64,000 nucleotides of DNA from the human T2T-CHM13v2.0 reference genome, Homo sapiens, in NCBI RefSeq assembly GCF_009914755.1, contig NC_060937.1. The stretch is one strand, 5' to 3'. The translations under genes were made by a program, and so were the position numbers. Position 1 is the stretch's first letter, and each line of letters opens with the position of its first letter. Shown here one piece after another: positions 16,996 through 32,430 of the stretch. The notes below the pieces were generated by a model. That model was given only the letters and a program-made list of their open reading frames with translations, was not told where the DNA came from and made no database searches.

Positions 16996-19900
16996 TGCTC
17001 TGTGCTAGCCTCACTGGATCTTTTCAGCTTATAGTCTTGAATTCCCTCTCCTATATGCTTCTTCCACTTTTAAATGTAGTTCAAGCATGTTAGTGGGATT
17101 CCTCTGGAACACTTCGTGTCCTAATTCAAGTCCTGGTCTGGGCCAGCTATTTATTCTGCCCCAACTGTTTCTGGTCTCTAATTCGACATATCTAGTACTG
17201 TATCACCAGATGTCATTCTTCTTGTTTAAAAATATGCAGTGTTTTCCCATTTCCTGCAGAATAGGGGCCAGACTCCTTAGCATGATATTTTTGGTTGTGA
17301 GCAAGAGAAGTCTTCTCAGGTCACTTTGTGCAGAAAAGGAAGGCCATGGATGATACCCGGGTGATAGACAAGAGCAAGGGAGTGCTGGGCATGGGCAGTG
17401 GGAACAAACTAGGCAGAGTGCTCCTGCGGCCCTGGCACAGCCTCCGTGGATGGCTCTTCTGCCACTCTTTGTTGCAGCTGCTGCTCACAGGTGCTGTCTC
17501 TCATCTAGTCTCACCATCATCATAGTCTTCATGTCATGTGTTTCAGATTCAAAGGCTCAAGTAAGAGCACCTATTTAGCCAACACTGGCTCACTTTCCCA
17601 GGGGAAAGAAAGGGTGAGGAGCTCCCTCATTTTGCTACTTTTATGGAGTGTAGGTTTCTTGCCTCCACCAGGACTGACCACACAGAATTACCCAAAAGTA
17701 GGAAGTTGGTTTGGTTCCTGCCAGCCCGAAACAATGACAAATAATTCTACAATGTGGCTTTGACATTTTCTGTCTGCAACTCAGAAAGGATATATGGGCA
17801 CGCACATGTATTGTGCATGCATGCATGCATGTACATGCATTAACTGAAAAAGATTTCAGAAAACAATTCTTATCCATGTAAATGTAATAAATTGATGGTT
17901 TGTATATATTCTCATTTAAAAAAATGCTGGCCGTGACTCACTAAATTGATTTGAGTTTGAAAGTCTTGTCCTACAGCATTCTCTATATAGTATTATATAT
18001 TCAAAATAACTCCCAATGCGTAGTTGTAGTCATGAAATGCTTATTTATATAGTAGACAAACCTTTTTACAATTCTGGTCTTTAAGTGAATGTTTGTAAGA
18101 TAGATTCTTGAAGTATGGGATTTATTACCTTGACAACAAAGCAGGCAAAAATGAGAAGAAAACATGGATCTTTTGTGTAATGAAAAGCAACACTTGGTAG
18201 TTTCCAGACTATGTGTATCATCAGAAGTTGCCCAATATAATATTTTAGCATGTTAGTTTAGCTTGCCAGAAAAACAGTTTGCTAGAATGTGATGGGTTTT
18301 AATTTCTGATGCCTACTAAACAAGCATGTTTCTTTCAGCAAATACAAACTGAGAACCTGCCATGGGTGAGGCCCTTTGCTGGGTGTTATGAAGGATATGG
18401 AGGTAAACTGGGCTGGGATCCTCGTCTGAAGGAGCTGGAAGCCTAGTACAGAAGAAGAGACAAGCCTATAGCAAATAGTTGTACAAGGTAGAAAGTGATG
18501 AGGATCATGGGAAGGGAATAAATAAAATGCATAGGAATTCAGAGGAGTGCAGTTGTCGAGTGCTTGATGAGCAGGTTCTGCAGAGTAAAGGAGGACTTCA
18601 GGGCTGCTCTCTAGAGGGACTTCACCAACACCTCGTGCCTGCCATGGTGCAGCCAATGAGGCCATGGAGATCAGCATGGGCTCACAGACCCCTTTCTGCA
18701 GTAGGATTCTTGTCTTAGCATGTCTTTGTTCCTACAACCCCGGCCACTTCTGCCATCAGGTCAATGCTTAATGTACGTAGGGTGAGTGAGTGGACCTAGT
18801 TTTGGCAGCAGAGCTCCTGTGGACAGTGATGAGTACTCAGCCACCAGCATTATGGTCGAGGGCCCCACACAGGTTTCTGTGGGCCAGAGAGGGGCTTGGG
18901 AGTTCTTAGGGGAAGTAGTGCTGGCCCAGCAGCTGGAGAGGGGCAAGAACTCACAAATAGGGCTTTGATCCCAGTGTTTGCCCATCTCCAAATTGTAAAT
19001 GGTGATTTATCTATGAACTTGGCAAAGTTCTGTTGAGTGTCTGTTACATGAAAGTTCTGGTACAGAAAGGGATCTGCAGATGCTGAATGACAAGGACCCT
19101 GCCCTCTAGAGAAGCCAAGTCCTGGGAACAAAGCAGGGTGGAGAGGAGTCGGGAGGAAGCATATACAGAAATAACCAATGGCAGTAAGCATGGAAAGGCA
19201 TTAAGTGCTGTAAGCGAGGCACAGGCAGAGAAAGTGCAGCCGTCGTCTTGGACACAAGGAAGCAGGGAACTCTGTACTGACTTTAGCACATGTGAACCAG
19301 GCACATTTTTGTCTGTTGTTATTCTTTAGTAATGATACGAATATCTTGCAAACCTGCTTCTTCCTCACAAAAAGTAACCTGGTATTGTTAACCTAGGACA
19401 TAGTCTGCGCCAAAGTACTTCTGTGTCTTGTAAGGCTCTGCTGAACACAGAATCTGCTCTCTAGGAATATGCTCCATGGATGTAATGTTGAAAAGGAATA
19501 GTATTGCCGTTTGAGTTTTGAAGATGAAACTATTTCCATGTTCTGGCAGATGGCCCATTGTAACAATTCTTTTCTTATCTGATTGTAGCTAGCTCTTTTA
19601 AAGATGCAGTTCTGACTCAGACACTTTCACCAGTCCCTTACTATGTAGGGATTTGGTTTCTAGAACAGAGACTAAATATTTCTCTTGTATGGAGGGGCTG
19701 TGCAAGTTCCTGGAGAGGGGAGTAGGGCAAAACCAGAAGGTAGGTGGACGTGGAGCAGCTGTAAGCTGGGGTTGAGAGTGGGTAGATGAAGGGTGAGGTA
19801 CCAGTGGAGGATCTTCCCAGGTGCTGCAAAAGTTTAGTTGTGGGCACAGAGCACTCTGCACCAGATGCTGTTAGGAACACATAAAAACAAACAGCAACAA

Positions 19901-21169
19901 AACTCCTTCTTACATCTCTGGGCATTACTCCTTTCTGTGGCCCAATCAACAAGGTACATAGCAATGAATCTGAACATATAGTTTTTTAATGCAGTGACAT
20001 AATATATACTCCGTTTATTTAGTAACCCCCCTATGGAATAAGTGTGTTATATACATTTTTTCCTAGTCCTCCAAACAAAGCTACAAGCCTCTATTTTTAG
20101 GTCCATTCGAATGCTGATAAGGACACAGGATGAGATTAGTGAGTTACCACATAGCCACAGGATGACAGAACCATGATCCAAAGCAGAGGGTGCCACATTC
20201 CAGCACCTCCTTTACCTCTGCTTTGTATGGATGGTGGCCATTTTGAAGGCATCCTGAGAGGCCTGACAATAGGCAGGTTTTTGTTTGTTCATTTGTTTGT
20301 TTGTTTTTGTATCTCTTTATGACAGGAGGGCTGTGTCTTCTAGGGAGCACACTACCTGATAGAACATGCTGGATAATTCAGAAACATCCTGAGTTGCCAT
20401 TCCACAGGCAACTGGACAATCTTTAAATCTGTGACTCTCTTCTGATGCTGCAATTTAAAGTAGCTCAGCTTTTCTTGGAAATCCTTCATCCATTGAACTC
20501 AGGGACAGGTGGGGATGTGGTCTCATCTGCCTGCTCAGCCCCTGGTGAATCTGGGGTCTGCTGGTCTCTGAACACACAAGAAATATGTGTCTTTCCTCCC
20601 ACTGATTCAGCTTCAAGTTCAGATGTCCTGTTATTTCAGCAAGAACGTCCAATCTGTTGTGTTCCTAGACATCCAATACAGTGATCCTCTTAGATTCCTT
20701 AAATTTAAAATTTCAATTTAAACTTGGAAAATCACAAGGTAGATTTTTTTAATGGGTTTGTAGCTTTAATCCTTCATTAAAATTATCTAAACCTTCACAC
20801 TTTGCTATAGTTTCCTTTAATTGTATCATAAGAAAACAGTTGTTTTAAATTTTTAAATTTTTATTATAGTGATAAAAGGCTTATTATAAGAAATTGCAGT
20901 CCTCTGTCTGCCCACCCCTCCCATTTCAACTCCTACTCCCCAGAGGCAACAGATATCAAATAACTTCACTGATTCTTCTGATACCCAGGTCCACCATTCT
21001 AAGAAGATGCTCTGTCTTTTGATTTCATCAATTTTGGATATTTATCTTTACAGCAGGGGAGAATTCAGATGTCTTACTGCGTATTCTTACTGAACATATC
21101 CCTTTCTTCAGACTTCCAAAATTTGGGTAAATTAGCAGTAACTATTTACTTTAACTGTGTGAGTCTACT

Positions 21170-21567
21170 TACATTTGTTTGCATTTTCTTCTGCCTCCGC
21201 CACTCCTGAGACAGCAAGACCAACCCCTCCTCTTTCTCCTCCTCCTCAGCCTACTCAACGTGAAGATGACAAGGATGAAGACCTTTGTGATGATCCACTT
21301 CCATTTAATGAATAGTAAACATATTTTTTCTTCCTTGGGGTTTTCTTAATAACATTTTCTTTCCCTCTCGCTTTACTTTATTGTAATAACATAATATATA
21401 ACGCACATACAAAATATATGGTAATCAACTGTTTATGTTATCCATAAGGCTTCTGCTCAGCAGCAGGCTATTAATAGTTAAGTTTTGGGGGAATCAAAAG
21501 TTATTTGTGGATTTTCAACAGCACAGGGTTGGTGCCCCTAACTCCCACGTTGTTCAGGCGTCAACCA
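21170..21567 (+). mobile_element. Tigger2-family (Tigger2a/MER28-like) DNA transposon remnant
   Basis: cctgagacagcaagaccaacccctcct...cctactcaacgtgaagatgac...; degenerate terminal repeat cccctaactcccacgttgttcaggcgtcaac. Confidence 0.75.
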
Positions 21568-22139
21568 TATATGATTATTATTTGTAATTTGTTGATATTC
21601 TTATTAGTGTACCATGATGATCGGTTTCTTTTGTCATGAAACATCCCCCCCACTGGAGTTAGTAAATGCCGCATGAGGCTGGTATTGCTAATTGCTGCCC
21701 AATAGCCATTTCCTCTTTCTCATTGCTGGCTGAACTCTGATTTTGTTGTGATGTTCGCCCCTTTGCCACTTGATTCAGTAACTCCTGATTGTGCCAAGTC
21801 AGTCAACAGAGCCCCATCTCCTGCCCTGAGGGGAAAAGCCTGCAGGGCTTTCCTCTGGAAGGTTTCTTTATCTTAGAGAGACAAACAAGGAAGAAACATC
21901 CTCTCTGTCACTCAGAGAAGAGTTCCAAAACCCCTTGGAACACTTAATAAATGCAATCAACCAAGCACCTCAGGACCATCAGTCACATTTTTCTCGCTGG
22001 ATCTACTTTCCACCGCCTTCTGTCTTTCTGTTCCAATCTGAACTGGTTCATCTCTGGGCCTGGCCACCACCCATTTCCTTTTGGTTCATCTGTCCTGGCT
22101 CCCCTGTCTTCTTCATTTACATAGTCATTTTGCAGAAGC

Positions 22140-23480
22140 ATATTCTTTAGAGGTTTGGGGAATATACATATGTTTGAATTTTTGCATGTTTGAAAATGTA
22201 TTTATTCTGTATTCAGCCTTGATTTGATAGTTTAGCAAGATATAGAGTTCTAGGTGGAAATCGTTTTTTCTTGTGGTGTTACCAAATACTCGCTTTTACT
22301 GTTCAGAAATCCGTTGCCAGTGTGATTCCTTTTATATGTGATTTATTTTAAGTCTTTTGAGGATTTAGGGCTTTCCATTTGTTCCTAGGACACTGGAATT
22401 ACTTGATGCTGTGCTTTGCATATTGTAATTTTTTTTCTAGACTTTTGGTGGGCCCTTTTAATTGGGAGACTTGTGTTTTTCAGTGTTGAGAATTTTCTTC
22501 TTTTGTTTCCCTGGTAATTTTCTCCTTTTGTTTTCTCCATTCTTCTTCTTCTTTTTTTTTCTGTGTATCTGTTAGAATTTAGAGCTCCTAGGTTGATCAT
22601 CTAATTATTTTATCTTTTCTCTCTTAGTTTCTTTTTTTTGGTGGGGAGTTCTAATTTCTGAGAGATTTCCTTGACTTTAATGCCTTCTTTGATTTTTACA
22701 TTTTAATTGTCATATTTTTTATTTCTATAAGAACCTATTTATTCCCTGTCTCTTTCTATAGCACCCTATACTTGTTTTATGGACACTCTTATCTCTCTGA
22801 AAAAATTACTTAGAATTTAAAAATATTTTCTCCTGTCTTTCAAGTGGGGAATACACAATCTATGGTACAGCCATATAATGGAATACTACTCAGCAATAAA
22901 GAGGAACAAACTATTGGTACATGTGACAATATGGATGAACCTTGAATGCAATATGTATTGTACACTATTACTATTAACTATAATAAATATATCCAACTAC
23001 TTTTATTAATGATATATCAAAAATATTAATAATATAGTATAATATAATCTAGGTTTATCCATATTAAAAATGAAAGAAGCCAGACTTGAAAGGCTGCTTG
23101 TTGTTTGGTTATATTGATATGACATTCTGGAAAAGACAAAACTATAAGGATGGAGAATAGGTCATATTTGCTAGTGGCTCGGGGAGAATAGCTGATTACA
23201 AAGCGGTAACATGAGAGAAGTTTTTGGGGTTATCAACTGTTCTGTATCTTAACTGTGTTCATGGTTTCTCTGTGTATATGTCAAAACTTACAGAACTATA
23301 AACCAAAATGAATGAATATATTGTTGTGAATGAAAATCTTTTTAAAAGGTTTTCTTATGTTTTCTTAATTTTTTAGTGCCTTTTTTCATTTCAAGTCTTT
23401 CTTACATATTTGGTCATTTTTTGCTACTCATTCATATTTAAGAATCAGGCATTAAAAAGCTGATTGAAATCTAGGGCCAC
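22140..23480. mobile_element. Old L1M fragments in both orientations
   Basis: T-rich ORF1-like remnant 22385-22600 on minus (LPIKRAHQ) and a plus-strand L1M 3' piece (atggaatactactcagcaataaagaggaac...). Confidence 0.6.
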
Positions 23481-23545
23481 ATATTATGTGTTGTATGCCT
23501 TTGCTCTAATAGGTGTTGAGAGTGTGGAGGATAAAAAGCTATAAA

Positions 23546-23855
<310 letters not shown>

Positions 23856-26208
23856 TTACTGACACACACATGCACACTTACAGTCACACGCAGAATGCTT
23901 CCTCTTTCCTAAATACATTATCTTTTTCTACTTTAATACCTCTTGAGTTCTGCTCTTCTTTTTCTTCTCTCTTTTCCTCCAGCCTCCTTGGAACCAAAAT
24001 CTGGCTTTTGGTGGGGAATGGAGTCTTGGGATAATTTGTCCAGCATTACTTTATTCTTTTCACATTAATCAGAGGACTTACCATCTCAAGGGTCCCCCTT
24101 TCCTTGCCACTTTCCTAACACGTCCTTGGCCTACAGGGCTCTGGCCTTTTCTAGGCTAGGACCCCTTTCCTTCTTTCCTTTGGGGTTGAGAAGGCCGCCA
24201 CATGCGGACCACACTCTCAGCCTGTCCGTCTGCTTGGGAAGTTCTGTCCCCCTGCTGTGGGGAGGTTTTCTTCCTATTTACTTGCTCTATCACAATCCCT
24301 GTCGACATCAGTGAGTGCTCCCATTGAGAGCTGAAAACTGTGTTGATCAGAAGTCCTGGTTTCTCCTACCCCGTCAGAACTGTCCTCACACTTTAGTTAG
24401 AAAGACCACCTAACAGTAGACTTGAAACAGATTTATCTGGTCAGGAGAAGGGGAGTCAGTGTATAGCTATGCTAGTCCCAGCAGTCAGATGGTGGAGGAC
24501 TATGTGGGCTGCTGCTGCAGTCCTGGAGAGCTGCCCCTGGGAGAGGTGCCCCTGGAGTCAGGAGCCTCCCTGGAAGCTGTCAGGACCACCTGCCAGAGAG
24601 GACGCGTTAGCATCATTGCTTCCCTTCCCATGCCAAACACTTATGCATACATGTTGTACATGTAAGAGGATGTGACTGAATCACTAAACCGAATTGACCA
24701 ATAAGCTTTTTAACTATTTTATTTAAAAAATAAGAAGCATGAGACCTATGGAATTTCTTTGAGCGTCTTTGATTAAAATGGATGTGTTTGGGTATTTAAC
24801 AGTGAATTTCTAAAGCGATTTTTATATATTTAAAACATGCCCGTGAAAATTCATACTTACTCAGGTTTGTGCTTTTGAGAATGTTTGATTTTTGTTGCTT
24901 TGAGAAATTGTCTATTCTGATAATGAAGATGTGTGAAGCCTAAACGCCATCCTGAAAATGCTAGCAAGACAGTTTTCCCCCCTTGCATTATAGATTGGGT
25001 GCTATTCAAACACACATCAACATGCTACTCTTTTAAAAAATACTCTTAAATTTTGTTGGGAATATAAATATCTTTTACTATTTTTCTTCAATCTTTGGTG
25101 AAATATTGGAGGATTACTACAAGTTATCCAAAGCAATCTTACTCATTTATCTCAGTTGAACAGAAAAACCAGTCATTCTCCCCAGCATATATCATTTATT
25201 TTTCCTTCATGTTTCTGGGCTGAGTTGGTTCCTAACTGAATAATATGGTTTTTCCTTTTTAATTTATTTTCATTTCCTTATCTCTTCCTTTAATATATTC
25301 CAAGCCTGCTGATCCAAAATGCTTTCTTCATTACAAAGTCTAACTAATGAAAATACAGAGTCTTTCCAGACGGGCCCTGGAACATGAAAGTGTATACCTT
25401 TCCATTTAGTTGGAAGGTTTTGCACTCACCTGTGCAGTTTATTTAATTGCTTTCTGGTTGCATCATGGTGTCACATATTCAGCTTCATCCTTCTAGGGAT
25501 CTAGTTCATTTGACAGAAGAAAGGATATGAGCTTCTGATGAAAGATAAAAGAAATTCACCTTCAGGATAAAAAGGAATTTGAAGGAGCCCTGTGTAAAGT
25601 GACCTGGTGCAGGCTTTTGAGCTGTAAGTGAACCTCACTTCACTCCTGATGATGTTAGAATGATGTATTTCTTCCTTTCAGATAGCAAACAACCCCTGAG
25701 GTTTATAGCCTGCAGTCCTGTAGATAAGGGAGGGTCCTGTGCCACCTCCATCCATTCCGTGAGTCTAAGGCGTATGGAAGAGAGTCAAGGACGTGCAGCT
25801 CAAGCGTGCCTCCTGCTCTGAAGTAAACCCATGTGGCGAAGCTTGGTGGAGAGTGGCCTAGCAGAGGAGCTTGAGTAACTGTCCGTGCTGCCCTTTCAGT
25901 TTGCACCAACCCGACTCACGCCCACTCCCGGGAATCAGCTGCCCTCCCTGGAATTAGCTTTTCTCCCCACCTACTCAGGTGGATTTTGGGATTCTCCGGC
26001 AGCTACTCAGTCCAGCGTGTCCACATTGCAGAGGAGAATGAGGCCATCGGATTTGTGGTAGGAAGGAAGAAGTGGAGAGGGTTTGTTGGGAATATTCATA
26101 TAAGGCGTTTGTGGTTAGAAATTAGGAAGGGAATAAATTAGTGAAATATTACAGTGCTATATTAATAGGTGACTACTTAGAAAGAGATATGCTAAAAGAG
26201 TGGGTCCA

Positions 26209-26525
<317 letters not shown>

Positions 26526-27387
26526 TCAGGTGCCAGGCAGGTAGCAGAGGCTATGAAGCAACCAGGTGTGAGTTACTAGGCCAAGTAGCCACTGCAGAAG
26601 GGAAAAGTGTGTGCCCTGCAAACATACACTTGAATTCCATTTTTAAAAGCACTGTTGCCTACTCCTGTGACAAGACAACAAAAACCTTGTGTGATTCAGC
26701 TCTTGAGGTGCCAGTTGAAATGCCTATAGGAAAAATACATTGTCTTTTCTGTGATTCGGGGTGTTTCCTTTTCTCTTCGTTTGGAGTCCGTGTCTCCTTT
26801 TTTCAGTCTTCTGTTAATGAGCACAAGCACATAACATTGGTATTGGAGCAGTTTGGATCTTATCTGTTATTTTGTAGATGGCATGTTAATCTTCAGTATG
26901 TTGGCTTTTCAAACCTGTCTCATGAAGCAATGGCAGAGAATTTGTCACCGACTCTTGGTGGTCAAAGCCAGTGTTCTTGTTGCCATTTGAAGCTGCCAGT
27001 GTTTTAAACTAAATTTAAAAAAATTGCCTTCCTTCACCAGAACAGATAACGCTCAGTTTTTCTGGTAAGCAGATAGGGTTGCAGATAATTAAAGTCCATA
27101 GATCAATCCCATGCTTTATTTTAGGTATTATTTTACCCTCTTTCCTTATGAAATCATTTTTTTAGAGCAAACAGTGTTTGACAGATTTGAGTTTCCCAGT
27201 GGCTTCTTTTCTTTAAGACTTCACCACCGGGCAATAACAAGGAACTAAAAAGGAAATGGGTAGCTAGGGTTAAAGGGGACATGTAACTCTGGCATCACTT
27301 ACAAATCCTGTACTCAGACCTTGAATGATACAGACCTTCCATGTGTGTGAGTGGCCGCAGGCCAGCCTGATACTTTGTTAAACTATC

Positions 27388-27426
27388 CACACACACACAC
27401 ACACATACGTGCACAGGCACACGCAT
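27388..27426. repeat. (CA)n-like microsatellite
   Basis: cacacacacacacacacatacgtgcacaggcacacgcat. Confidence 0.8.
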
Positions 27427-29527
27427 ACCTACATTGCAGGAAGACGCAAAGATCTCATTTCCCCACCCCTTCAATTGGAATTTCTGTCTTTTTCTTACCA
27501 TTACATGGTACTTCATATTTCTATTCAATGGCATATTTTATTATATCCTGTCTAGCTTTTATTAGTGATTAACTATATGTACGTCATATCATTTTCCCTC
27601 AGGAGATAGCAATTTCTCCAAGGATTAGGACCCTTCTCTTTGTCTTTCATTTCCTATTGCTCCTTACACTGTGTGTTTTAAGCCATTCGATGCTCAGTAA
27701 ATCAGGTCCATCTCAGAGCCGTTGTGTTGCTTTTCTCGCCTCCCTAACCCAGGAGGCCTTGTTCCACACAGGCTGCAGTCTGTGAAGGGGAATAAGCAGC
27801 AGACTGGGGCTGAGGAGCCAGGCCCCACCCTGCTGTGACAGGGCCTACCTGTGGGACTTTGAGTAATTCACACAGTTGCTCAAGACTGTGGTTTCCTCAT
27901 TTATAAAACAAGAGGGCTGAACTAATAATATCTGTTTCTTCTCACTTCTAACATTCAGTGATTAATATACTCTTAGCAAGACATGACCCAGAAAGCTAAA
28001 TAAATTAGGAAAGCTTAATGATGACACCATACTAATTCATTCAACGGATATTTATTGAGTGCCTGCAGTGCATGGAGTACTAGCCTGGTCACTGGGATCT
28101 GTGGTGAGCAGGACTTACCATCCTTACCTTTATTCTATTGGGAGAGGAAGACAATGAACCAATAAACAAACACATAAAATAGCTGTTAAAGGCTGGGAAA
28201 GAAATGACAAGGGGCTTTGACTGAGGGTAGAGGAGGACCATCCAGGAAAGCCCCTCCTCAGAAGGGCTAAAATGTTAGAGTGGGGGGAGTCAGGCATGGC
28301 ACATGCAGAGCTGTGTCGACAGCAAGGCAAAGGTGGCTAGAGCTGAGAGTGAGGGAAGTTTCACAGTGCCATGCAGGCCAGGTTAAGGCTGCCAGTGGGG
28401 ATTTTGTAGCCAAAACATAACCTGATCTGATTAACCTGTCAAGATGTTCCCCTCGCTGCCACGTACAGGGAGAATGGCTCGTTAGAGAAGCAAGAGCAAA
28501 GTCCGGGAGCATGGTAGGAGATGTGTGGCTTCCATGGGAGATGCATTCTGCATGGACTCTTCTTCCTCCATAGAAAGGAACAAACCACTGATGGACACAG
28601 TGCCCGGGATGACTCCCAGGTGCACTGTGCTAGGGGAAAGAAGCTAGACCTAGAGGCCACCCACTTGCTGTATGGTTACATTTAAGCGACATTCTGGAAA
28701 AGCAATGTTGGAGGAACAGAAATCAGATCATTGGTTGCCGTGGGTTGGAGGACTGTTTGGAGATGATAGAACTATAATTGAGGTGGTGGGAGTTGCAAGA
28801 CTGTGTGCCAAAACTCGCAAAACTGTACAGTAAAAATGGTGATAACTGTGTGTAAATTATACTTTAGTAAAAAGCAGAATAACATCCTGAGCAAGAAAAA
28901 AGTGTTCCAATTTGAATGATGGTCATTCTAATTAGGTGCTCTGATCATTCTAATTAGGAAGAGTTTTTCAAGAAAAGGGATGGAGCGGGAAGTGGGGAAA
29001 TGGAGGGATAGAATGAAGAGTGGCATGTTTTTCTCTTGAGGGTAGTAGGTATTTATTCAACAAATAATTACAGAGTACTCATTCTGTGCCAGGCGCTGCT
29101 AGGCACTGGAAAAGTACTTGCAAATGAAACAAAAACCCATGCTGGAGCTTAAGAGTTCTGTATAAAGATGCAAATGTGCATACCCGTTAACACAGGGATT
29201 TTGCCTTTAGGAATTTATCTGAAGGAAGTAAAAGGTGTCATAAAGTTGTGCATTCACTGATTTTCTGTGAAAAGTTATTTAACAAGACAAAAACTGAAGA
29301 CAACCTAAACTCTAACAATAAGGGGAACTGGTGAATAGATTATAGTGTAATTGATTATTAAACATGATGAAGTATTTATTATATTACATGTATTTATATG
29401 GGAGGAAGAACATGACATGCAAAGTGAAAAATTGGGGTTATAGAACTCATTCCATGTGTATAAAAACAAAAAAACAAAAATACTATATTTTTACTTTTTC
29501 TTTTTTTTATAGCTAATGAAGATTCGT

Positions 29528-29823
<296 letters not shown>

Positions 29824-30188
29824 AATTCATTTCTTTTATAATTGGCAATGTAAGTAGTTCCACTTTGGAAAAATATCATCCAAGACAAAAACAAAACAAA
29901 ATAAACATTAAGCACAATAGGCAAGGAATGAATGCTCTTTATTTTCTGGGTGGAATTCTCCCCTGGAAAGGACTTTTTTTTTTTTTTAAGGGTATGCTTG
30001 AAATGCTTTTTGTTGGCAAATGTGAATGAAACTTCTTTTGGAGAAATATGCAGCATTTTTATTGGGGGAGATTTTAAATATCAATGAACATAATATTTTG
30101 TTTAAATATCACCTTGGTCTAAACTAAGAAAAACCATTACCCCCTTTCCTGGTCCTCTGTAGAGGGGAAATAGCAGCATATATCATTT

Positions 30189-30276
30189 ATGTATATATTC
30201 TTCTTTATTCTTTCTACTCATGTATATATTCTTCTTTACTCTTTCTACCCTACTCTTCTTTACTACTTTCTACTCA
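30189..30276. repeat. Short tandem duplication (about 31-bp unit, 2 copies plus degenerate partial)
   Basis: atgtatatattcttcttta(t/c)tctttctac repeated. Confidence 0.8.
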
Positions 30277-32113
30277 TTTTATGTAAAATAAAAATAAAAT
30301 AGCCTCTGCTACCTCAATAAAAAAGATATTCTGAACACAGTCCTGTTTATATATTAGAATAAAATGCGATATGCTACCCATGTTAGGTACATAAGATAAA
30401 GAGAACAAAGCAGGCTCCAGAGAGCTATTATATTTTGTGTTATGTGACACCATACATAGCTGCAGAGTCCCTGAATATGTATTTTAGCATCTCCCAAAGA
30501 ATAATTCAGTTTTTAACCATATTGTAAGGACACTGTACTTGTAAGTTTCATTTAGTGTGCAGAGCATCAAGTGTTAGATTATAATTGTGCCTGATGAGAA
30601 TAAACATACCCAACATTATGAAATAAGACCAAGAACCTGAATGTTCCTAAGTAATTATAACTGCAGAAAACATGGAGGTATTATTACCAGGAGACTTTCA
30701 GATGAATACATTGACTTGTACATAAATATGTAACTACATATACAATTATCCTATTAAATGTGGCAAAACACTATAGGCACCAAACACGTACCCAGTAGAG
30801 ATGCCAACTAAACTTTGAAAGCTAGGATTTTGGATTTTTTTGCATTGTTATATTTACCCTTGAATTTTGGGTTCATATTCTGTTCATTTTTCTGTATCCT
30901 AAAGTTCTACAGGGTAACTTATTGCATGGCAGGAGGTGTAGTTGGAGCTCCTTTGGCAAATAAGTTTTATGAAGTCAGATGAACTTGCATTTACATTCAG
31001 AGGCATGGTGGTTGAATGTACATATGAAAATTCACAACTGATAAAGCATTACACAGCAGACCTGGCAGCTAAGGAGAGCTGTACAACCGTACTTCTCAAT
31101 CTTTCGAAACCCATGCCTCCTTTTAATAACTTAAACATCCCCCAAATTTTCTTCAGTTTATTTTCAAAGTAAAGTATTATGACAAATACAAATCAAACTG
31201 ATGATCAGAATATACTTTTCTATCTACTCTTACTTGGATATTCTGATATGGCCCTCTTGGGAGGACGTCTAACCAGTTGCTCAGTTGGGAAGGGTGGCTT
31301 TACAATTTTCATCTTGAAAGATTGAAAAAAAAAAAAACTCACATTGTAGTGAACATTTCACCTTTTTGAGCTGAGGTTAGGATGAGATTACCTCATCTGG
31401 AGTGCCTACTATGTGCAAAGTGCTGTCCCAGAAATTACATAGCAAACAGAAGTGCCTGTGGCATTAACCTTCAGCCTAGCGAGCTCATAATTTCATAAAG
31501 GGAATAAGACACATGTAACGATAATAATGAGTCACATATAACTGTAATAAAAAGACACACTTAACTATTTTAGATGTACGTGGCTATGATTAAAAAGCAT
31601 GATATGACAGTTCCAAAAGGAAAGATCTGTGGATTCAGGACACAGAGAGAAAATACCTAGTTCCACCTCTACCTGTTTGGTGGGGGAAGGGAGGAGAGGA
31701 GAGAATTTACGAAAGGTTTCATGAAGTAGGTGGGCTTTGAGCTGGACTTTGATGCTTAGAGTCTGCAGCTCTTGGGTAGGAGGATGATTTTACAGGGCAA
31801 ATGTACTTTAAGTAGAAGAGTAAAGGGGATTAAATCTGGAAACATGTAGGCCCAGTGCTCATTGGACCCTGAATGTCAAGCCGAGAGGTGTCACTTTAGC
31901 CTGTCATTGGGCTGGGCCACTCAGGGTGATATTCTTGGATGGCACCGTGGTGGATCCAGTGAGTTTCCCTTCATTCAGGAATGCCTTTCATGCTGTATTG
32001 CACCAAAAAAACATGGGTCACTGGAAATCAAAGCCTAAAATGGATGAAGAAATTCTATATGAGTGTGTAGATGCTATCATTTCACTTCATGATTTAGAAA
32101 TGTATGTGCATTT

Positions 32114-32430
32114 GGCCGGGCCCAGTGGCTCATGCCTGTAATCCCAGCACTTTGGGAGGCCAAGGTGGATGGATCACCTGTGGTCAGCCTGGCCATCATG
32201 GTGAAACCCCGTCTCTACTAAAATACAAAAATTAGCTGGGCGTGGTGGCGTGCGCCTGTAATCCCAGCTACTCAGGAGGTTGAGGCAGGATAACTGCTTG
32301 AGCCCAGGAGGCGGAGGTTACAGTGAGCTGAGCTCACACCACTGCACTCCAGCCTGGGTGACAGAGTGAGATTCGGTCTCCAGCCCCTCCCCCCGCCCCC
32401 GCCCCCTGCAAAAAAAAAAAAAGAAAAAGA
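32114..32430 (+). mobile_element. Alu (AluS-like) with short internal deletion and C-rich tract before the poly-A
   Basis: Alu body lacks the usual gagttcgagacc segment (ggtcagcctggcc). C-tract at 32384-32406. TSD agaaatgtatgtg(c/t)att. Confidence 0.9.

Noticed and set aside
25660-25990. Strong-looking acceptor tttcttcctttcag at 25681 as an extra MTUS2 exon
   Set aside because: No convincing downstream donor or reading frame; such motifs are common in long introns.
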